This document shows positions 53,272-63,038 of a stretch of DNA of 64,000 nt, in pieces; position 1 is the stretch's first letter, and every line of letters starts with the position of its first letter. The stretch covers positions 4,745 to 68,744 of the forward strand of contig CAZTLT010000001.1 in the NCBI GenBank assembly GCA_964614615.1, written 5' to 3'. A model generated the notes under the pieces. That model was given only the letters and a program-made list of their open reading frames with translations, was not told the DNA's origin and did no database searches. Source of the DNA: an uncultured Aquiluna sp. (lineage in GTDB: Bacteria; Actinomycetota; Actinomycetes; Actinomycetales; Microbacteriaceae). Made by a program: the position numbers and the translations under genes.

Positions 53272-54226
53272 AATCTTTGAGGCCGGCGATAAAGTTCAGC
53301 TCACCGGACCAAAAGGGAAAATGAACACATTCACCCTTGAAAAGGGTGGACGATTTGGAACGCACCGAGGAGAAATTAAGCACGACGCGATCATTGGTAA
53401 AGCGTCTGGTTTCGTTTTTGCACTTTCAACCGGCGAGGAGTATCTAGCCATGAAGCCCCTGCTGAGCGACTATGTGCTTTCGATGCCCAGGGGAGCGCAG
53501 ATCATCTATCCCAAGGACGCCGGTCAAATAATTGTCGAGGGAGACATTTTTCCGGGAGCCGTAGTGGTTGAGGCGGGCGTGGGGTCAGGAGCTCTCTCCA
53601 GCTACCTACTGCGGGCAATAGGCGAAAAGGGAAAGCTGTACTCCTTTGAAGCTCGAGATGAGTTTGCTCAAATCGCCCAGGGCAATGTTGAGAATTTCTT
53701 GGGATACAAGCCAAAGAATTGGCAGGTATCAATTGGGCTTCTGCAGGAAAAACTATCTACTGTTCTCAAAAAATCAACCGCCGACAGAGCAGTACTAGAT
53801 ATGTTGGCTCCTTGGGAGTGCATTGAAGAAGTGGCAAAAGTGCTGCGACCTGGCGGGGTTGTGGTTGTTTATGTTGCCACTGCAAGCCAGCTATCCAAAG
53901 TTGCCGAAGAAATAAAGAGCTCGGGCCATTTCACCTCCCCAGTGGCTTTTGAAACACTGGTTCGACCATGGCATCTTGAGGGTCTGGCCGTTCGACCAGA
54001 ACACCGAATGATTGGTCATACTGGCTTTATCTGCACCGCCAGGCGGCTTGCCGATGGAGTTCAGTTGCCTGATTTCCGCAAGCGTAGAGTGAATAAGGTT
54101 GAAGCATCGGAAGAAGATGCGGAACAGTGGTTTGGCCTCAGTGAGCGAAAAGTGGGGCAGAAAAAACTGCGAAAGACTTTGCGTCAAGTTACAACTGAAA
54201 GCAACAAGAGAAAGAAGACTAAGTGA
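53264..54226 (+). CDS. trmI: tRNA (adenine58-N1)-methyltransferase
   Basis: MPRGAQIIYPKD, VEAGVGSGAL, LDMLAPW, RPEHRMIGHTGF. Confidence 0.95.
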   Translation: MSEIFEAGDKVQLTGPKGKMNTFTLEKGGRFGTHRGEIKHDAIIGKASGFVFALSTGEEYLAMKPLLSDYVLSMPRGAQIIYPKDAGQIIVEGDIFPGAVVVEAGVGSGALSSYLLRAIGEKGKLYSFEARDEFAQIAQGNVENFLGYKPKNWQVSIGLLQEKLSTVLKKSTADRAVLDMLAPWECIEEVAKVLRPGGVVVVYVATASQLSKVAEEIKSSGHFTSPVAFETLVRPWHLEGLAVRPEHRMIGHTGFICTARRLADGVQLPDFRKRRVNKVEASEEDAEQWFGLSERKVGQKKLRKTLRQVTTESNKRKKTK

Positions 54227-55206
54227 CCGCAACAAAGAAACTCAGGGTAATCACATTGGCAGCAGTAACTGCTCTGCTGACAAGCTGTGCTCCGGCGGTC
54301 ACACCGCAGGTGGGTGAGTATGCAGAAGGGGTTGAGGGAATTGCCCAAACATGCGATACCTACCAGACAGGTGATGCCGTAAAGCTTGTGGAGGCAACTG
54401 GTGACTTTAATACTCAGCCAACGGTCACTTTTCCTTTCCCAATCTCAGGCTCTGGCATGGAAACCAATGTAATCATTGAGGGCAATGGCGGTTTGATTGT
54501 TGGATCGCAGCGAGTGGTCATGCACTTTGCCGGCTATAACGCATCTACCGGGGAGCAATTCCAAGCAAGTGAGTTTGGTAGTGAGCAATACATTTACCAG
54601 GATCTAATTCCAGGTAACTCACCTGACTTTTGCGGGGCACTAACGGGCGTTCCAGTAGGTTCACGCGTTGCTGTTTTGCTTAGCCCCGAAAATGTCCACC
54701 AAGGCGAAGGAATTCCCACTCTGGGTCTCGGACCAGATGATGGTGTGGTTTTCGTTTTTGATGTAATCAAAGCTTTCCTTCCCAAAGCAAATGGCACTGC
54801 TAAATCCGCCGAAACTGGAATGCCTACTGTGATACTCGCACCCTCTGGCCAACCTGGCATTCAAATCCCGCAATCAGATGCGCCGACTGAATTTCGTCGG
54901 ACTGTATTGATTGAAGGCAAAGGGGAAAAAGTTGCGGTTGGTGACAATGTCACTCTTCACTACACCGGCTGGACCTGGGACGGTGAAGAGTTTGACAGCT
55001 CTTGGACCCGACAGGCCCCAGCGGCGTTTCAAGTGACCGATGATGGTCTCATTGAGGGATTTGTGATGGCCTTAGATGGCGTTGCTGTCGGTTCTCAGGT
55101 GATTGCGGTGATTCCTCCAGAGCTTGGATACGGCGATACCGCTCAGGGGTCGATCGAACCAGGCTCTACATTAATATTTGTCATAGACGTATTGGGCAAG
55201 GACTAG
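54223..55206 (+). CDS. FKBP-type peptidyl-prolyl isomerase, lipoprotein with two FKBP-like domains
   Basis: Lipobox LLTSC; C-terminal domain HYTG...FDSSW...IPPELGYG...TLIFVIDVL; degenerate N-terminal copy. Confidence 0.9.
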   Translation: MTATKKLRVITLAAVTALLTSCAPAVTPQVGEYAEGVEGIAQTCDTYQTGDAVKLVEATGDFNTQPTVTFPFPISGSGMETNVIIEGNGGLIVGSQRVVMHFAGYNASTGEQFQASEFGSEQYIYQDLIPGNSPDFCGALTGVPVGSRVAVLLSPENVHQGEGIPTLGLGPDDGVVFVFDVIKAFLPKANGTAKSAETGMPTVILAPSGQPGIQIPQSDAPTEFRRTVLIEGKGEKVAVGDNVTLHYTGWTWDGEEFDSSWTRQAPAAFQVTDDGLIEGFVMALDGVAVGSQVIAVIPPELGYGDTAQGSIEPGSTLIFVIDVLGKD

Positions 55207-55218
55207 CTAGGGGACTAG

Positions 55219-56154
55219 GTGGCAAATCAAACACCGGCTGAGAGATTATTCACTCTGACGTGCTGTTTGCTTGCTGCGCCGAAGTCAGGTCTGAGCAAAC
55301 AAGACATTTTCGATGCAGTGCCCGGCTATAGCGAGGCAAGTGGTGAGGCTCGCAACAAGATGTTTGAGCGGGATAAAACTGCTCTGAGAAACGCCGGAGT
55401 TCAGCTAGATGTAGTTCAAATGGACGAGTACGAAGCTGAAGTCGGCAGTCGATATCTAATCGCCAAGGGCAGTTTCGATTGGCCGAGTGACTTTGATCTA
55501 ACCCCCGAACAACTTGGGCTAGCTGAATTAGCTGCGCGCGCTTGGAACAATCATCAATTTGCTTCCGCTGCGCGCACAGCTCTAGCAAGACTAAAGTCGC
55601 GTGGAATGGTTGAAGTGAACAGAGAACTCAGTTTCCTTTCTCCAAGACTGCTGGCAAGGCATGCGGCATTTCAACCGCTGGCGCAGGCAATCTCAGATTC
55701 CAACACGGTGATTTTTGAGTATCGAGTTCCGGACGGGAAATCAGAGGCTAGAGAGGTGAATCCCGTCAAGTTGCGCCTAATTGAGGGAGAGTGGGTCCTA
55801 CTGGCTCAGCGACAGGGAGAACTGCGAAATTACCTGCTGAGAAGAATCATGAGCAAAGTTCGACCAACTGGCGCAACCTTTGATCCGTTACCCATTGAAC
55901 AGGTTGACAAAGCCGAAGCCGAATTGGTGGAGTTCACCAAGTCAAACAAGGCTGTCATTGAAGTTGAAGAGGATTCAGAAGCTTGGTGGCATTTCGGAGC
56001 AGAGTCAACCCAGGTAACTCTCAACTACATGGACGAAGTCCTGTTGGCCGAAGATCTTCTGGAATATGGAAATGAAGTGAAGGTAATCAGCCCGGCATCG
56101 TTGGCCAACCGCATCGCAGCTGGATTGGAACGGGCGGTGAAGATACATGCCTAA
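55219..56154 (+). CDS. pafB: WYL-domain regulator PafB
   Basis: ERLF.L..CLL, MFERDK..LR wHTH signature, WYL-like WVL, C-terminal WCX; canonical position. Confidence 0.85.
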   Translation: MANQTPAERLFTLTCCLLAAPKSGLSKQDIFDAVPGYSEASGEARNKMFERDKTALRNAGVQLDVVQMDEYEAEVGSRYLIAKGSFDWPSDFDLTPEQLGLAELAARAWNNHQFASAARTALARLKSRGMVEVNRELSFLSPRLLARHAAFQPLAQAISDSNTVIFEYRVPDGKSEAREVNPVKLRLIEGEWVLLAQRQGELRNYLLRRIMSKVRPTGATFDPLPIEQVDKAEAELVEFTKSNKAVIEVEEDSEAWWHFGAESTQVTLNYMDEVLLAEDLLEYGNEVKVISPASLANRIAAGLERAVKIHA

Positions 56155-57106
56155 GCAGGAAATTGATGCTTCTGAGCTATTCGACCTCGCTTTGTCAATT
56201 GTTGGATTGGTTCTTACAGACGGGGACCAAAAAGTGGCCGACTTAGCGAGTCGCTTTGATGTGAGTGAAAAAGTTGTGCTGAAGGCAGTCCACGCGATTA
56301 CCGACAGTGAAGACCTCACCAAATGCGTCACTCACTTTCACCTCAATTTTGAGGAATTGGAAGATGGTTGGGTTTCATTCGCTAAGGGAATAACCAATCT
56401 TGATGGTCCACCCGCGCTAAGTAAGAGGCAGTTGAGCTCAATTGCAATCGGACTTGATTATTTGGCTTCGCTTCCACAGTTCAACTCAAACAAGGCATTA
56501 CATGATCTAAGGCAAGCACTGAAAAACGCAGGGCCGGTGCCGGTCACCAGCATTGCCGCTACGCGACTTACCGAGATTTTGAACCAGCTGCATACTGCAA
56601 TTGATTCTGGTAATTCAATTGAATGTGAATACAGGAACCAAAAAGGAGAGCAAGCTAGTCGCAAAATTGATCCGCTGCTCATTGAACTGAGAGGCAAGAA
56701 GCACTACTTGCGAGGTTGGTGCCACATCAACAAAGCTGTTCGTTCTTTCCGGCTCGATCGCATTCAAAACATTTTGATAACCAACGAGAAGATAACCGAA
56801 GAAGCGAAGTCTGCCACAATCCCCGACGAGGTGTTCGGTGCCAGCAATGACGAGCAGATCATAAAAATTGCAGCAGACCCAGAAGCTGCAGAAATATTCT
56901 GGAATTTTCCAATTGCCGCAGAACCAAAACTTGAGAATGGACGTTGGGTTGGAAAAATCAGGGCTGGTAGTTTGACTGGATTGCCGCGCCATATCGTTCG
57001 TTTTGGTGGAATGGTAGAAGTTCTTGAGCCAAAAGCTGCGCGGGAATTAGTTCGCGAATTTGCTCTGCAGACTTTGAAAAAGCCAGATTTACAGGATGAG
57101 GAATGA
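56147..57106 (+). CDS. pafC: WYL-domain regulator PafC
   Basis: HTH (LASRFDVS), HYLRGWC...RSFRLDRI, VEVLEP; follows pafB. Confidence 0.85.
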   Translation: MPKQEIDASELFDLALSIVGLVLTDGDQKVADLASRFDVSEKVVLKAVHAITDSEDLTKCVTHFHLNFEELEDGWVSFAKGITNLDGPPALSKRQLSSIAIGLDYLASLPQFNSNKALHDLRQALKNAGPVPVTSIAATRLTEILNQLHTAIDSGNSIECEYRNQKGEQASRKIDPLLIELRGKKHYLRGWCHINKAVRSFRLDRIQNILITNEKITEEAKSATIPDEVFGASNDEQIIKIAADPEAAEIFWNFPIAAEPKLENGRWVGKIRAGSLTGLPRHIVRFGGMVEVLEPKAARELVREFALQTLKKPDLQDEE

Positions 57107-57411
57107 GCTGGCTAATCGTTGTAAGCCTTCTGGCAGGCATGTATTTCCTGTTTTTGACCGGCTATCGCCTGTTTCAGTCGGGGCGTAAGTTGACTCAAGA
57201 AGCCATGAGAACGTCTCAATTGCTAACTGAACTCTCGAGCTTCGACAGAACCGAGCCAAGGCCCGCAACTGCCCATGTTGCCGCTGATTTTGAAAAAACC
57301 CTCTTGGCTAGAAGGCGCCTGGTTAGGGAAAGGGCGCGTCGCCGGGAAAACCGAGAGCGTAGACTGGTAAGGCGTATTCGAGAAATCGATGTAGACAAGA
57401 GGTGGTCATGA
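57103..57411 (+). CDS. Hypothetical protein with one N-terminal TM and an Arg-rich tail
   Basis: ATGA overlaps with both pafC and tatA; N-terminal hydrophobic helix. Confidence 0.7.
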   Translation: MSWLIVVSLLAGMYFLFLTGYRLFQSGRKLTQEAMRTSQLLTELSSFDRTEPRPATAHVAADFEKTLLARRRLVRERARRRENRERRLVRRIREIDVDKRWS

Positions 57412-57599
57412 GACTTCAAGGCTGGGAATGGATCATCATTCTGGCGATCGTGCTATTGCTGTGGGGAGCACCGAAGCTTCCTGCCTTGGCCAAGAGCGTG
57501 GCGCAGTCACTAAAGATATTTAAGAAAGAGACTGCACGAACCACCGAACCGGACGCCGCAATCGCTGATTCCAAAGAGGGCGAGAAGAAGCAGGACTAA
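57408..57599 (+). CDS. tatA: Twin-arginine translocase TatA
   Basis: WEWIIILAIVLLLWGAPKLP.LA..V...LKIFKKE; GAGG RBS before ATG 57408. Confidence 0.93.
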   Translation: MRLQGWEWIIILAIVLLLWGAPKLPALAKSVAQSLKIFKKETARTTEPDAAIADSKEGEKKQD

Positions 57600-58390
57600 T
57601 GGCACGGCGCAATAACAAAGAGCGCCGAATGAGTCTTGGTTCCCACCTTCGAGAGCTAAGGGTTCGCCTTTCATGGTCGGCGGGTTTCTTAGTCGCCGGC
57701 ACGGTAGCCGGATGGTTCTTGTTCGACCCGGTCTTTCGGATTCTTCAACAACCGCTGATTGACGTAACGACAGAGCGTGGCGTCCAAGCGGTTGTAAATT
57801 TTGGAACCGTCGTCGCTGCATTTGATTTGAGAATCCAAGTCTCGATATTTCTTGGTGTACTAATGACGGCACCCATTTGGCTTTGGAATCTGTGGGCATT
57901 TGTTGCACCAGGGCTGAAGAAAAGAGAGAAGCGATTTGCTATTGGTTTTGTCGCCGCAGCACTACCTCTGTTTCTAGCAGGCACCGCATTGGCATGGACA
58001 TCACTGCCGGGGTTCGTGGTTGTACTCATTGGATTCACACCAGAAGGAAGCACAAACGTAATCAACGCTAGCGAGTATGTCTTATTCGCAATCCGAATCC
58101 TGCTGATCTTTGGACTCGCTTTTGTGATGCCAGTTGTATTGGTACTACTCAACTTTGCTGGCATCGCCACTGGCCAAGGAATCTTGAAGTCCTGGAGAAT
58201 TGCCGTTTTTTCTATAGCGGTTGTTTCAGCACTGGCAACCCCAGTCGCAGAACCGATGACTATGTTTTTGTTGATGGTACCGCTGACAGCACTGTATTTC
58301 ATCGCAGTTGGAATTGCGCTCGCTAATGACAAACGTCGAGAGAAGAGATTAGAAAAGGTCGGGGGAGTCAGTGAGCTCGAATCCGAGTGA
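57599..58390 (+). CDS. tatC: Twin-arginine translocase TatC
   Basis: MSLGSHLRELR, FVAPGL...EK, FGLAFVMP, ATP. Confidence 0.95.
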   Translation: MARRNNKERRMSLGSHLRELRVRLSWSAGFLVAGTVAGWFLFDPVFRILQQPLIDVTTERGVQAVVNFGTVVAAFDLRIQVSIFLGVLMTAPIWLWNLWAFVAPGLKKREKRFAIGFVAAALPLFLAGTALAWTSLPGFVVVLIGFTPEGSTNVINASEYVLFAIRILLIFGLAFVMPVVLVLLNFAGIATGQGILKSWRIAVFSIAVVSALATPVAEPMTMFLLMVPLTALYFIAVGIALANDKRREKRLEKVGGVSELESE

Positions 58391-60824
58391 GCTGTCAGCC
58401 GCTGAGAGATATAAAAGATCAAAGTCAGCAGCCGCGTATCAGCAACTAAGAAAATTTGAAGCGCAATTAGCTTTTCCACTTGACGATTTTCAAGAGGATT
58501 CCTGCAAAGCGTTGGAAGATGGTGCAGGTGTGCTAGTAGCAGCTCCAACTGGAGCAGGCAAAACAGTTGTTGGTGAATTTGCTATCCACCTGGCAATCGA
58601 GTCAAATCAAAAAGTTTTTTACACTACTCCAATAAAGGCTCTAAGCAATCAGAAATTCGCGGAGCTAGTAAAACGCTACGGTAAAGAAAGAGTTGGCCTT
58701 CTTACGGGCGACAACAATCAAAATTCCGAGGCGCAAATTGTAGTTATGACTACAGAGGTGCTTCGCAACATGATTTATGCAACGTCGGAGACCCTAAAGG
58801 AACTTGGCTACGTGGTGATGGACGAAGTTCATTACCTGGCGGACAGATTTCGCGGCGCAGTGTGGGAAGAAGTTATCCTTCACCTACCAAAAGACGTGAA
58901 GGTGATTTCACTCTCTGCAACAGTTAGCAACGCGGAGGAATTTGGTGCCTGGTTAGATGAAGTCAGAGGTAATACCAAGGTCATTGTTTCCGAGATTCGA
59001 CCAGTTCCTCTACATCAGCATGTTCTCTTTGGGTCGGAGCTTCTGGATCTCTTCGAAACTGGCAGCAATCAAATGAGGGTTAATCCGGAGTTGCTGCAAA
59101 AACACCAAGCTCGTTCAAGGTCACCGATGCGAAGCCGCGGTAAGTGGGGACCAAAGCATTCATCGAATGATAAGAGCCAGCTAATTCGGCAGTTTCCTCG
59201 GCTTGAGAAACCGGAGGTGGTCGATCGACTCGATGATTTGGAGCTACTTCCTGCCATTTTCTTTATTTTCTCAAGAGCCGGCTGTGATGCTGCGGTAGCA
59301 AGTTGTCGTAGGCAAGGACTTCGTCTGACTAGCAAAGAGGAGCAAAAGGAAATTCGTCAAGTTGCGGAAGCTCGCTGTTCCTCAATCGCCGATGATGACC
59401 TAGATACTTTGGGCTATCACGAGTGGCTTGAGTCTTTGGAGCGCGGATACGCATCTCACCACGCTGGCTTGTTACCTGCCTTCAAAGAGGTAGTGGAAGA
59501 ACTATTTCTTCGGAAATTAGTAAAGATAGTTTTTGCAACTGAGACGTTAGCCCTAGGAATAAACATGCCGGCAAGAACTGTCGTGCTGGAGAGACTGGAC
59601 AAGTTCAATGGCGAATCTAGAGTCAACATTACGGCTGGTGAATACACCCAGCTAACTGGCAGGGCAGGGAGAAGAGGCATTGACCGCGAAGGACACTCAG
59701 TTGTTTTGTGGAGCGGGCAGCTTGATCCCAATTTGGTAGCGTCACTTGCATCTAAGCGCACTTATCCGCTAAATAGCTCTTTCAAACCCACCTACAACAT
59801 GGCAGTGAATCTGATTTCTGCGTTTGGAAAAGATAGAGCCGCCAAAGTACTAGAGCGCTCTTTCGCACAGTTCCAAGCAGATCGCTCCGTTGTTGGGCTT
59901 GCTCAAGTTATTGCAGATAAGGAAAATTCTCTGCTTGGTTATGAAAAATCCATGGCTTGCCACCTGGGGGACTTCCGGGAGTACTCGACCTTGCGCCGAG
60001 AGATTAGTGATCTTGAGCGCGAGTCATCACGCATCAAGAATCGATCTGGTGCAGACACTCGTCTGACAAAACAAGCTCGAAATGTTGAATCTCAACTTGG
60101 TCGGTTGCGAAAAGAACTACGTGCTCATCCTTGCCATCAATGTTCAGACAGAGAGAGCCATGCTCGTTGGGGCGAGCGATATCACAAACTAAGAAAAGAA
60201 ATTGACCAATCAACCGCTCATCTTGAATCTCGAACCGGTCAAGTGTCCAAGATTTTTGAAAGAATTTGCGACCTATTAACCGAGCTTGATTATCTAAGAC
60301 AATCTGGAGATGAGTATGAAGTAACTAAGGCTGGGTTGCAGCTCGCAAAGATTTATGGTGAGCGTGACCTATTGATTGCCCAGTGCCTCAAATCCGGGAC
60401 TTGGAAAGACTTAGATGCAGCAGGCATGGCGACGATGGCTGCCTGTTTGGTTTATGAGGGCAGGGGAGAAGAGTCTGAAATTGAACCAAAATTGCCAAGA
60501 GGTATTTTCTCTGAGGTTTTGTCCCAAACTGAGGAAATTCAAAGACAGTTGCAAGATCTACAAAATGACTACCGATTGCCCAAAGATCAACGCCTTCAGC
60601 TGGAAATGGCCTGGGGCGTTTATCGTTGGGCTACTGGGGCGAGGTTGCAGGATGCTCTTAAGCTAACGGGTCTGTTGCCAGGCGACTTTATCCGCTGGAG
60701 TAAGCAAATCATTGACCTGCTTGATCAGATTTCGGTTTCAGCCGACTCTAAAGTTGCCCAGACAAGCTATGAAGCAATTGACTTGGTGAAGCGAGGGATA
60801 GTTGCCTACAGCTACTACATCTAG
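58371..60824 (+). CDS. helY: Ski2-like DEAD/DEAH RNA helicase HelY
   Basis: APTGAGKT, PIKALSNQK, MDEVHY, ATETLALGINMPA, GRAGRRG, DSHCT-type tail. Confidence 0.93.
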   Translation: MSSNPSELSAAERYKRSKSAAAYQQLRKFEAQLAFPLDDFQEDSCKALEDGAGVLVAAPTGAGKTVVGEFAIHLAIESNQKVFYTTPIKALSNQKFAELVKRYGKERVGLLTGDNNQNSEAQIVVMTTEVLRNMIYATSETLKELGYVVMDEVHYLADRFRGAVWEEVILHLPKDVKVISLSATVSNAEEFGAWLDEVRGNTKVIVSEIRPVPLHQHVLFGSELLDLFETGSNQMRVNPELLQKHQARSRSPMRSRGKWGPKHSSNDKSQLIRQFPRLEKPEVVDRLDDLELLPAIFFIFSRAGCDAAVASCRRQGLRLTSKEEQKEIRQVAEARCSSIADDDLDTLGYHEWLESLERGYASHHAGLLPAFKEVVEELFLRKLVKIVFATETLALGINMPARTVVLERLDKFNGESRVNITAGEYTQLTGRAGRRGIDREGHSVVLWSGQLDPNLVASLASKRTYPLNSSFKPTYNMAVNLISAFGKDRAAKVLERSFAQFQADRSVVGLAQVIADKENSLLGYEKSMACHLGDFREYSTLRREISDLERESSRIKNRSGADTRLTKQARNVESQLGRLRKELRAHPCHQCSDRESHARWGERYHKLRKEIDQSTAHLESRTGQVSKIFERICDLLTELDYLRQSGDEYEVTKAGLQLAKIYGERDLLIAQCLKSGTWKDLDAAGMATMAACLVYEGRGEESEIEPKLPRGIFSEVLSQTEEIQRQLQDLQNDYRLPKDQRLQLEMAWGVYRWATGARLQDALKLTGLLPGDFIRWSKQIIDLLDQISVSADSKVAQTSYEAIDLVKRGIVAYSYYI

Positions 60825-60840
60825 AAATAGGCTGGGCGAT

Positions 60841-62334
60841 GTGCGCGAGCTAGTTTGGCGAATCCCGCTTGGAGTGAGTGCCGGGCTACTTGGGCTATTT
60901 GTTTTTCCGACTGAAAACATATGGGTGCTAGCGCCGCTTATTCCAATGTTGACCTTCCTGGCTGTTTTAGGCCTTAGATTTTGGCCTGCTGTCTTAGTTG
61001 GCTTTATCTCAGGACAGATGTTTTACATTTCACATATTGAGTGGATATCCCTCTACCTGGGACCAATTCCGCTGATAGCACTCAGTACAACCGTCTCCAT
61101 CTATCACGCGCTCGCTGCTGGTTTTACTGCCTGGTTGTTTAGAAGTATCAAAGTCAAAAGTGAAACGGTCTTACCGCTGGCACTGCTTTTAGCGTCAATT
61201 TGGACACTGCGTGAATTTGCAGCCAATAACTTTCCCTATGGTGGATTCCCGTGGTCAAGGCTAGCCATGACTCAATCAGACAGCTTTATGTCACCATGGG
61301 TCTGGTGGGGAGGACTGAGCTTACTTAGCTTTGCAGTTGCATTCATAGGTGCGATTTTGGCTCTGCTACTAATAACCCGCGCCGCCAAAAACTCAATTAG
61401 ACCCGCTCTGATAGGACTGGCAGTTGCTCTCATTATTCCGTTGATTACACCGCTTGGACTTACGACTACGCCTAGCGGGGAGAAAGTGATTGCCGCAGTT
61501 CAGGGAAATGCTAAGGCAGGTCTGTTTTCGAAGGAAGCGCCGGGTACGATCTTGCAAAACCACCTGGATGCCTCTGAAATTGTTATTGAAAGTGGACGAA
61601 AAATTGATCTATTGGTTTGGCCGGAAAATGCGTCGGACTTAGATCCTCTTCGTTCACCGCAGGCCAGAGCAAAAATAAACGCTCTCTCGAATCAACTCAA
61701 TGCACCCTTTGTGTTTGGCACTATTACAAAGCGTGGCGAAGAAACTTATAATTCAACAATTTTGTGGAAACCAGAGGTAGGACCGGTTGATTATTACGAC
61801 AAAAAACAACCTGTCCCTTTTGCAGAATACGCCCCTGATCGAGACTTCTGGCGCACGTTTGCTCCGGACCTAATTGACATGATTCCACGTGGCTACAGCT
61901 TTGGAACTAAAGATGGAATTTACGAACTAGCCGATTTCAACGCGGGGACCCTTATCTGTTTCGAAATCGCGGAGGACTCAATTCTGCGAGAGCTAACCCT
62001 TTCTGGTGCCCAAGTAATTCTTTCTCAGACCAATAATGCCGATTTTGGTTACTCCGACGAAACCTATCAACAGGCTGCCATAGCCAGGCTTCGCGCTATT
62101 GAGACAGGTAGGGCAGTTGTCAACATTTCCACCGTCGGATTATCGGCAATCTACCTTCCCAATGGCAAAGTGCTTAGCCAAGTTGAGTGGTACACACCGG
62201 CTGCCATGATCGAGAGCGTTCCACTTTATTCAGGTGTCACCCCTGGTGTTCTTGTTGGACTGGTATTTGATTGGGCAAATGCAACAGTTTTGCTTGGGCT
62301 AACAATTGCCATCAAGCGCAAGAGAAAAAAATGA
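60841..62334 (+). CDS. lnt: Apolipoprotein N-acyltransferase
   Basis: QGN, WPEN, YDKKQPVPFAEY, ICFE, TNNA; start uncertain (60841 GTG or 60802). Confidence 0.93.
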   Translation: MRELVWRIPLGVSAGLLGLFVFPTENIWVLAPLIPMLTFLAVLGLRFWPAVLVGFISGQMFYISHIEWISLYLGPIPLIALSTTVSIYHALAAGFTAWLFRSIKVKSETVLPLALLLASIWTLREFAANNFPYGGFPWSRLAMTQSDSFMSPWVWWGGLSLLSFAVAFIGAILALLLITRAAKNSIRPALIGLAVALIIPLITPLGLTTTPSGEKVIAAVQGNAKAGLFSKEAPGTILQNHLDASEIVIESGRKIDLLVWPENASDLDPLRSPQARAKINALSNQLNAPFVFGTITKRGEETYNSTILWKPEVGPVDYYDKKQPVPFAEYAPDRDFWRTFAPDLIDMIPRGYSFGTKDGIYELADFNAGTLICFEIAEDSILRELTLSGAQVILSQTNNADFGYSDETYQQAAIARLRAIETGRAVVNISTVGLSAIYLPNGKVLSQVEWYTPAAMIESVPLYSGVTPGVLVGLVFDWANATVLLGLTIAIKRKRKK

Positions 62335-63038
62335 AGTCAATAGTCCTAATGCCGACGTATAACGAGGCCGAAACTATAGAGAAAACCGTTAGCGAGCTAT
62401 TGACTGCTGTTCCGAGTGTGGATTTGCTAATAATTGATGACAATTCGCCCGATGGGACGGGTGCTATCGCTGATCGTTTAGCGAGCTCTGATCAAAGGAT
62501 TGCGGTTCTTCATCGACACAAAAAGCGAGGGTTGGGCGACGCATACGTCGCTGGTTTTGCCCAATGTTTAGAGAACGGCTACTCGCATTTGATTGAAATG
62601 GATGCTGATGGCTCTCATAGAGCCGAAGACCTCAGGCAACTTCTTCTTGCAGCTCCTGCAGCGGACCTAGTGATTGGCTCGAGATGGATAAGTGGGGGAG
62701 AGGTGGCCAATTGGTCGAAACTTCGACAGGCGATCTCTCGGGCGGGTAATGGTTATGCAAAGTGGACTTTGCGTAGCAATGTCTCGGATATGACTTCAGG
62801 ATTCAGGGTTTATTCAGCGCAGCTACTTAGAAGATTGCCGCTGTCAAGGGTTCAGGCGCATGGTTATGCGTTCCAGGTGGAAATGACTCTGAGGTCGGAA
62901 TTGCTCAGCGCCAAAATTGTCGAGGTGCCCATTCGCTTTGTCGAGAGAGAGGGCGGACGCAGCAAGATGAGTTTTTGGATTGTGGTTGAGGCGTTTGTGC
63001 TTTGCACACTTTGGGGACTAGTTCCACCTAGGCAGTAA
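62331..63038 (+). CDS. ppm1: Polyprenol monophosphomannose synthase (GT2)
   Basis: MPTYNE, DDNSPDGTG, EMDADGSH, DMTSGFR, GYAFQVE; ATGA overlap with lnt. Confidence 0.92.
   Translation: MKSIVLMPTYNEAETIEKTVSELLTAVPSVDLLIIDDNSPDGTGAIADRLASSDQRIAVLHRHKKRGLGDAYVAGFAQCLENGYSHLIEMDADGSHRAEDLRQLLLAAPAADLVIGSRWISGGEVANWSKLRQAISRAGNGYAKWTLRSNVSDMTSGFRVYSAQLLRRLPLSRVQAHGYAFQVEMTLRSELLSAKIVEVPIRFVEREGGRSKMSFWIVVEAFVLCTLWGLVPPRQ

Noticed and set aside
57745-58548. 267-aa antisense ORF over tatC/helY, and the many other shadow ORFs in the track
   Set aside because: Lies entirely opposite well-conserved genes, has no recognisable motif, and its composition mirrors the sense codons
55219-60824. WYL proteins plus helicase as an anti-phage system
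   Set aside because: This is the canonical actinobacterial pafB-pafC-tatAC-helY core locus
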